Part shown: piece by piece, positions 55,710-57,914 of the stretch
How positions within the stretch are numbered: position 1 is the stretch's first letter
How the letters are laid out: the number at the start of each line of letters is the position of its first letter
Assembly (NCBI GenBank): GCA_015067795.1
Contig: SVLU01000013.1
Location: 1 to 57,914 of the forward strand
DNA: 57,914 nucleotides
Source: Oscillospiraceae bacterium
GTDB taxonomy: Bacteria > Bacillota > Clostridia > Oscillospirales > Oscillospiraceae
Reading direction: 5' to 3'
Position numbers and translations under genes: made by a program
The notes under the pieces: model-generated
Databases searched by the model: none
Seen by the model: the letters and a program-made list of their open reading frames with translations, nothing else
What the model was told of the DNA's origin: nothing

Positions 55710-56840
55710 TTATATACGTTTCCCTAAGATTTCTGTGTATTTATGTCTGAATTCTTCAAATCTTTGCTGCTCTATCGCATCTCTTATGCGTTCCATAAGC
55801 CTGTTGTAGAAATAAAGATTATGCATAACCGCAAGACGCATCGCCAGCATCTCACCACTTTTCATAAGATGACGTACATATGCTCTGGAAAACCGCGAGC
55901 ATACAGGACAGTCACACTCAGGGTCAATGGGGCGTTCATCAACAGCATACTTCTCATTATTGATGTTGATAATGCCGTTCCAGGTAAACAGATGACCGTG
56001 ACGTCCGTTTCGTGCAGGCATTACACAGTCAAAGAAGTCAATACCACGATGGACAGCCTCGATGATATTAACAGGTGTTCCTACACCCATAAGGTATCTT
56101 GGCCTGTCTTTTGGCATATATTCCTCCACCGCATCAATGGTATCATACATTTCCTGATGACTTTCCCCCACTGCTAAACCGCCGATGGCATAACCCGGAA
56201 GTTCAAGGGCGGCAATCTCCTTCATGTGCCAAACACGGAGATCAGTAAATGTTGCCCCCTGATTGATACCGAAGAGCATCTGACCGGGGTTAATTGTCCC
56301 GTCAAGGCTGTTGAGTCGTTCCATCTCGTTCTTACAACGAACAAGCCAGCGAAGGGTTCTCTCACAGGAGTCCTTAACATAGTTATGCGGAGAAGGTATC
56401 TTGATACATTCATCAAATGCCATAGCAATATCAGAGCCGAGATTGGATTGAATACGCATACTATCCTCAGGTCCCATAAAAATTCTTCTGCCGTCAACAT
56501 GGGAGTTAAAGGTAACGCCCTCCTCTGTGATTTTACGCAGACCTGCAAGAGAAAAAATCTGAAAACCACCACTATCCGTAAGAATAGGTCTATCCCATGT
56601 CATAAACTTGTGAAGACCTCCCATCCGACGAATGAGCTCATCACCGGGTCTTACATGAAGGTGATAGGTATTGGAAAGCTCAACCTGACAGCAAATACGT
56701 GAAAGATCCTCCGCAGAAAGGGCACCCTTAATGGCACCCTGAGTGCCAACATTCATAAAAACAGGAGTTTGGACTGTACCGTGAGGTGTTTGGAACTCAC
56801 CTCTTCTTGCTCTGCCCTCCTGGGTAATAAGCTTAAACAT
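55710..56840 (-). CDS. tgt: queuine tRNA-ribosyltransferase (tRNA-guanine transglycosylase)
   Basis: FQTPHGTVQTPVFMNVGTQG, the catalytic Asp region ...LTDSGGFQ..., and the zinc site CDCPVC...H. Confidence 0.95.
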   Translation of the reverse strand: MFKLITQEGRARRGEFQTPHGTVQTPVFMNVGTQGAIKGALSAEDLSRICCQVELSNTYHLHVRPGDELIRRMGGLHKFMTWDRPILTDSGGFQIFSLAGLRKITEEGVTFNSHVDGRRIFMGPEDSMRIQSNLGSDIAMAFDECIKIPSPHNYVKDSCERTLRWLVRCKNEMERLNSLDGTINPGQMLFGINQGATFTDLRVWHMKEIAALELPGYAIGGLAVGESHQEMYDTIDAVEEYMPKDRPRYLMGVGTPVNIIEAVHRGIDFFDCVMPARNGRHGHLFTWNGIININNEKYAVDERPIDPECDCPVCSRFSRAYVRHLMKSGEMLAMRLAVMHNLYFYNRLMERIRDAIEQQRFEEFRHKYTEILGKRI

Positions 56841-56997
56841 GAAACTGTTCCTTTCAAGAATAATTCTGCAATTAGCAAAACAATAATAACATAAAATAAC
56901 AATAATTAAAAGTATATATAGAAAAATCACCTGTATTTAACTTGCTAAAAACAATCAAATATGGTAGGATATATTAAATCAGAGAAAGGGGCTCACC

Positions 56998-57363
56998 ATG
57001 GAAATACGTGAATCTGCTGAAAACTATCTTGAGACTATACTAATACTTCATCAGAAGCATGGACAGGTGCGCTCTATTGACATTGCTGATGAAATGTCCG
57101 TAACAAAGCCAAGTGTCAGTATTGCCATGAAGAAGCTTCGTACTAACGGCTACATCAGCGTAGATAAGGAAGGCTATATCACTCTTGAGAAAGCAGGTCG
57201 TGACATTGCTGAGCGTATGTATGAACGTCACACACTGCTGACAAACTTACTCACATCCATTGGCGTAAGCCCTGAAACTGCAGCTGAGGATGCCTGTAGA
57301 ATTGAACATGTGATCAGTGTGGAAACATTTGAAGTGCTCAAAAATCATTTCACAAATGAATAG
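56998..57363 (+). CDS. DtxR/MntR-family metal-dependent transcriptional repressor
   Basis: N-terminus ENYLETILILHQKHGQVRSIDIADEMSVTKPSVSIAMKKL, plus the metal-binding/dimerisation helix. Confidence 0.85.
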   Translation: MEIRESAENYLETILILHQKHGQVRSIDIADEMSVTKPSVSIAMKKLRTNGYISVDKEGYITLEKAGRDIAERMYERHTLLTNLLTSIGVSPETAAEDACRIEHVISVETFEVLKNHFTNE

Positions 57364-57414
57364 ATCATTGCGGCAAGTCCATGTAACTTGCCGCTGTCTT
57401 ATTAGGAGAATGTT

Positions 57415-57720
57415 ATGAAAATACTTAGAATGATTGGAATTGGAAACAAGAAAATTATAGACGGTGACAGCTGCATATCAGCAAGGATCACAAATGTCAA
57501 AAAATGCTGGTGGATAAAAGTAAACAAGAAAGCAATAAGAATTTCAAGTAATGATGGAGCAGTATATCCATATATATTAACATTTACATATCAAGTAGAT
57601 GGAGTAGTATATACAGGCAAAAGATACATTGGCCCTTCAGTGATATGTCCACATATCAACGAAGAGATACTTGTATATTATGATGCAGCAGATCCATCAA
57701 GATACGCTGTTGATATATAA
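57415..57720 (+). CDS. hypothetical protein (101 aa)
   Basis: ORF with a plausible start. It lies between the MntR-like gene and a strong terminator. No recognisable motif. Confidence 0.4.
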   Translation: MKILRMIGIGNKKIIDGDSCISARITNVKKCWWIKVNKKAIRISSNDGAVYPYILTFTYQVDGVVYTGKRYIGPSVICPHINEEILVYYDAADPSRYAVDI

Positions 57721-57732
57721 TCAAATAAAAAA

Positions 57733-57760
57733 GAGATTCTGAATTTCAGAATCTCTTATA
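57733..57760. terminator. bidirectional terminator (also terminates the rRNA operon on the minus strand)
   Basis: aaaagagattctgaa-tt-tcagaatctctt. Confidence 0.75.
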
Positions 57761-57764
57761 TTAT

Positions 57765-57880
<116 letters not shown>

Positions 57881-57914
57881 TCTTTTAACTTGTTTAGTAT
57901 ACCATTTTTTCGCT

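Overview
This 57.9 kb window looks like a chromosomal segment from a low-GC, spore-forming Firmicute. The evidence for that is spoIIM next to xerD, a SpoVK-type AAA ATPase, a T-box leader, AGGAGG-type ribosome-binding sites and a V-type ATPase; a gut or rumen Clostridia-class origin is only an inference. 

Layout, left to right:
- Positions 1-1330: the 3' end of an accessory-looking pair (a four-helix-bundle protein plus a small unknown protein), an unusual array of GTGAAAT heptamers, and a tRNA-Leu(CAA) on the minus strand.
- 1.4-16.1 kb: an AT-rich cell-wall glycopolymer locus. It has an NDP-sugar pyrophosphorylase fused to a degenerate phosphomannomutase-like domain, six GT2 enzymes, two GT4 enzymes, one GT8 enzyme, a TupA-like ATP-grasp enzyme, a hexapeptide acetyltransferase and a Wzm/Wzt-type ABC exporter.
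- 16.6-21.8 kb: a small lipoprotein/AAA operon, a membrane-anchored XRE regulator, a stand-alone fabD, and TetR and HAD genes.
- 21.9-27.6 kb: a repeat element, then a T-box-controlled aspS-gatC-gatA-gatB operon in which the GatA protein has lost its amidase-signature active site.
- 27.7-31.3 kb: an asparaginase homologue, a low-molecular-weight tyrosine phosphatase, and a YtrA-type GntR/ABC module.
- 31.4-38.6 kb: a 'second-type' V-ATPase operon (E, DUF-like, A, B, D, I, K) that lacks C and F subunits.
- 39.1-46.4 kb: a zinc-ribbon-rich membrane module resembling B. subtilis YdjGHI (SPFH / zinc ribbon / TPM), with two acidic lipoproteins and two further zinc-finger proteins, but no pspA.
- 46.6-47.9 kb: an XRE regulator overlapping a membrane LuxR-type regulator.
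- 48.0-50.5 kb: guaA present only as the synthetase subunit (no glutaminase domain), and a purF whose Cys1 nucleophile is replaced by Gly.
- 50.7-57.9 kb: uppP, a Sel1-repeat protein, xerD-spoIIM, yajC-tgt, an MntR-like regulator, and a 5S rRNA at the window edge.

The strongest leads:
1. Three glutamine amidotransferases in one window (GatA, GuaA, PurF) have each lost the glutaminase site or domain.
2. A family of nested repeat elements, with three copies at 21.9, 51.6 and 52.7 kb.
3. Duplicated promoter cassettes and several palindromic operator candidates.
4. The SPFH/zinc-ribbon/TPM module.
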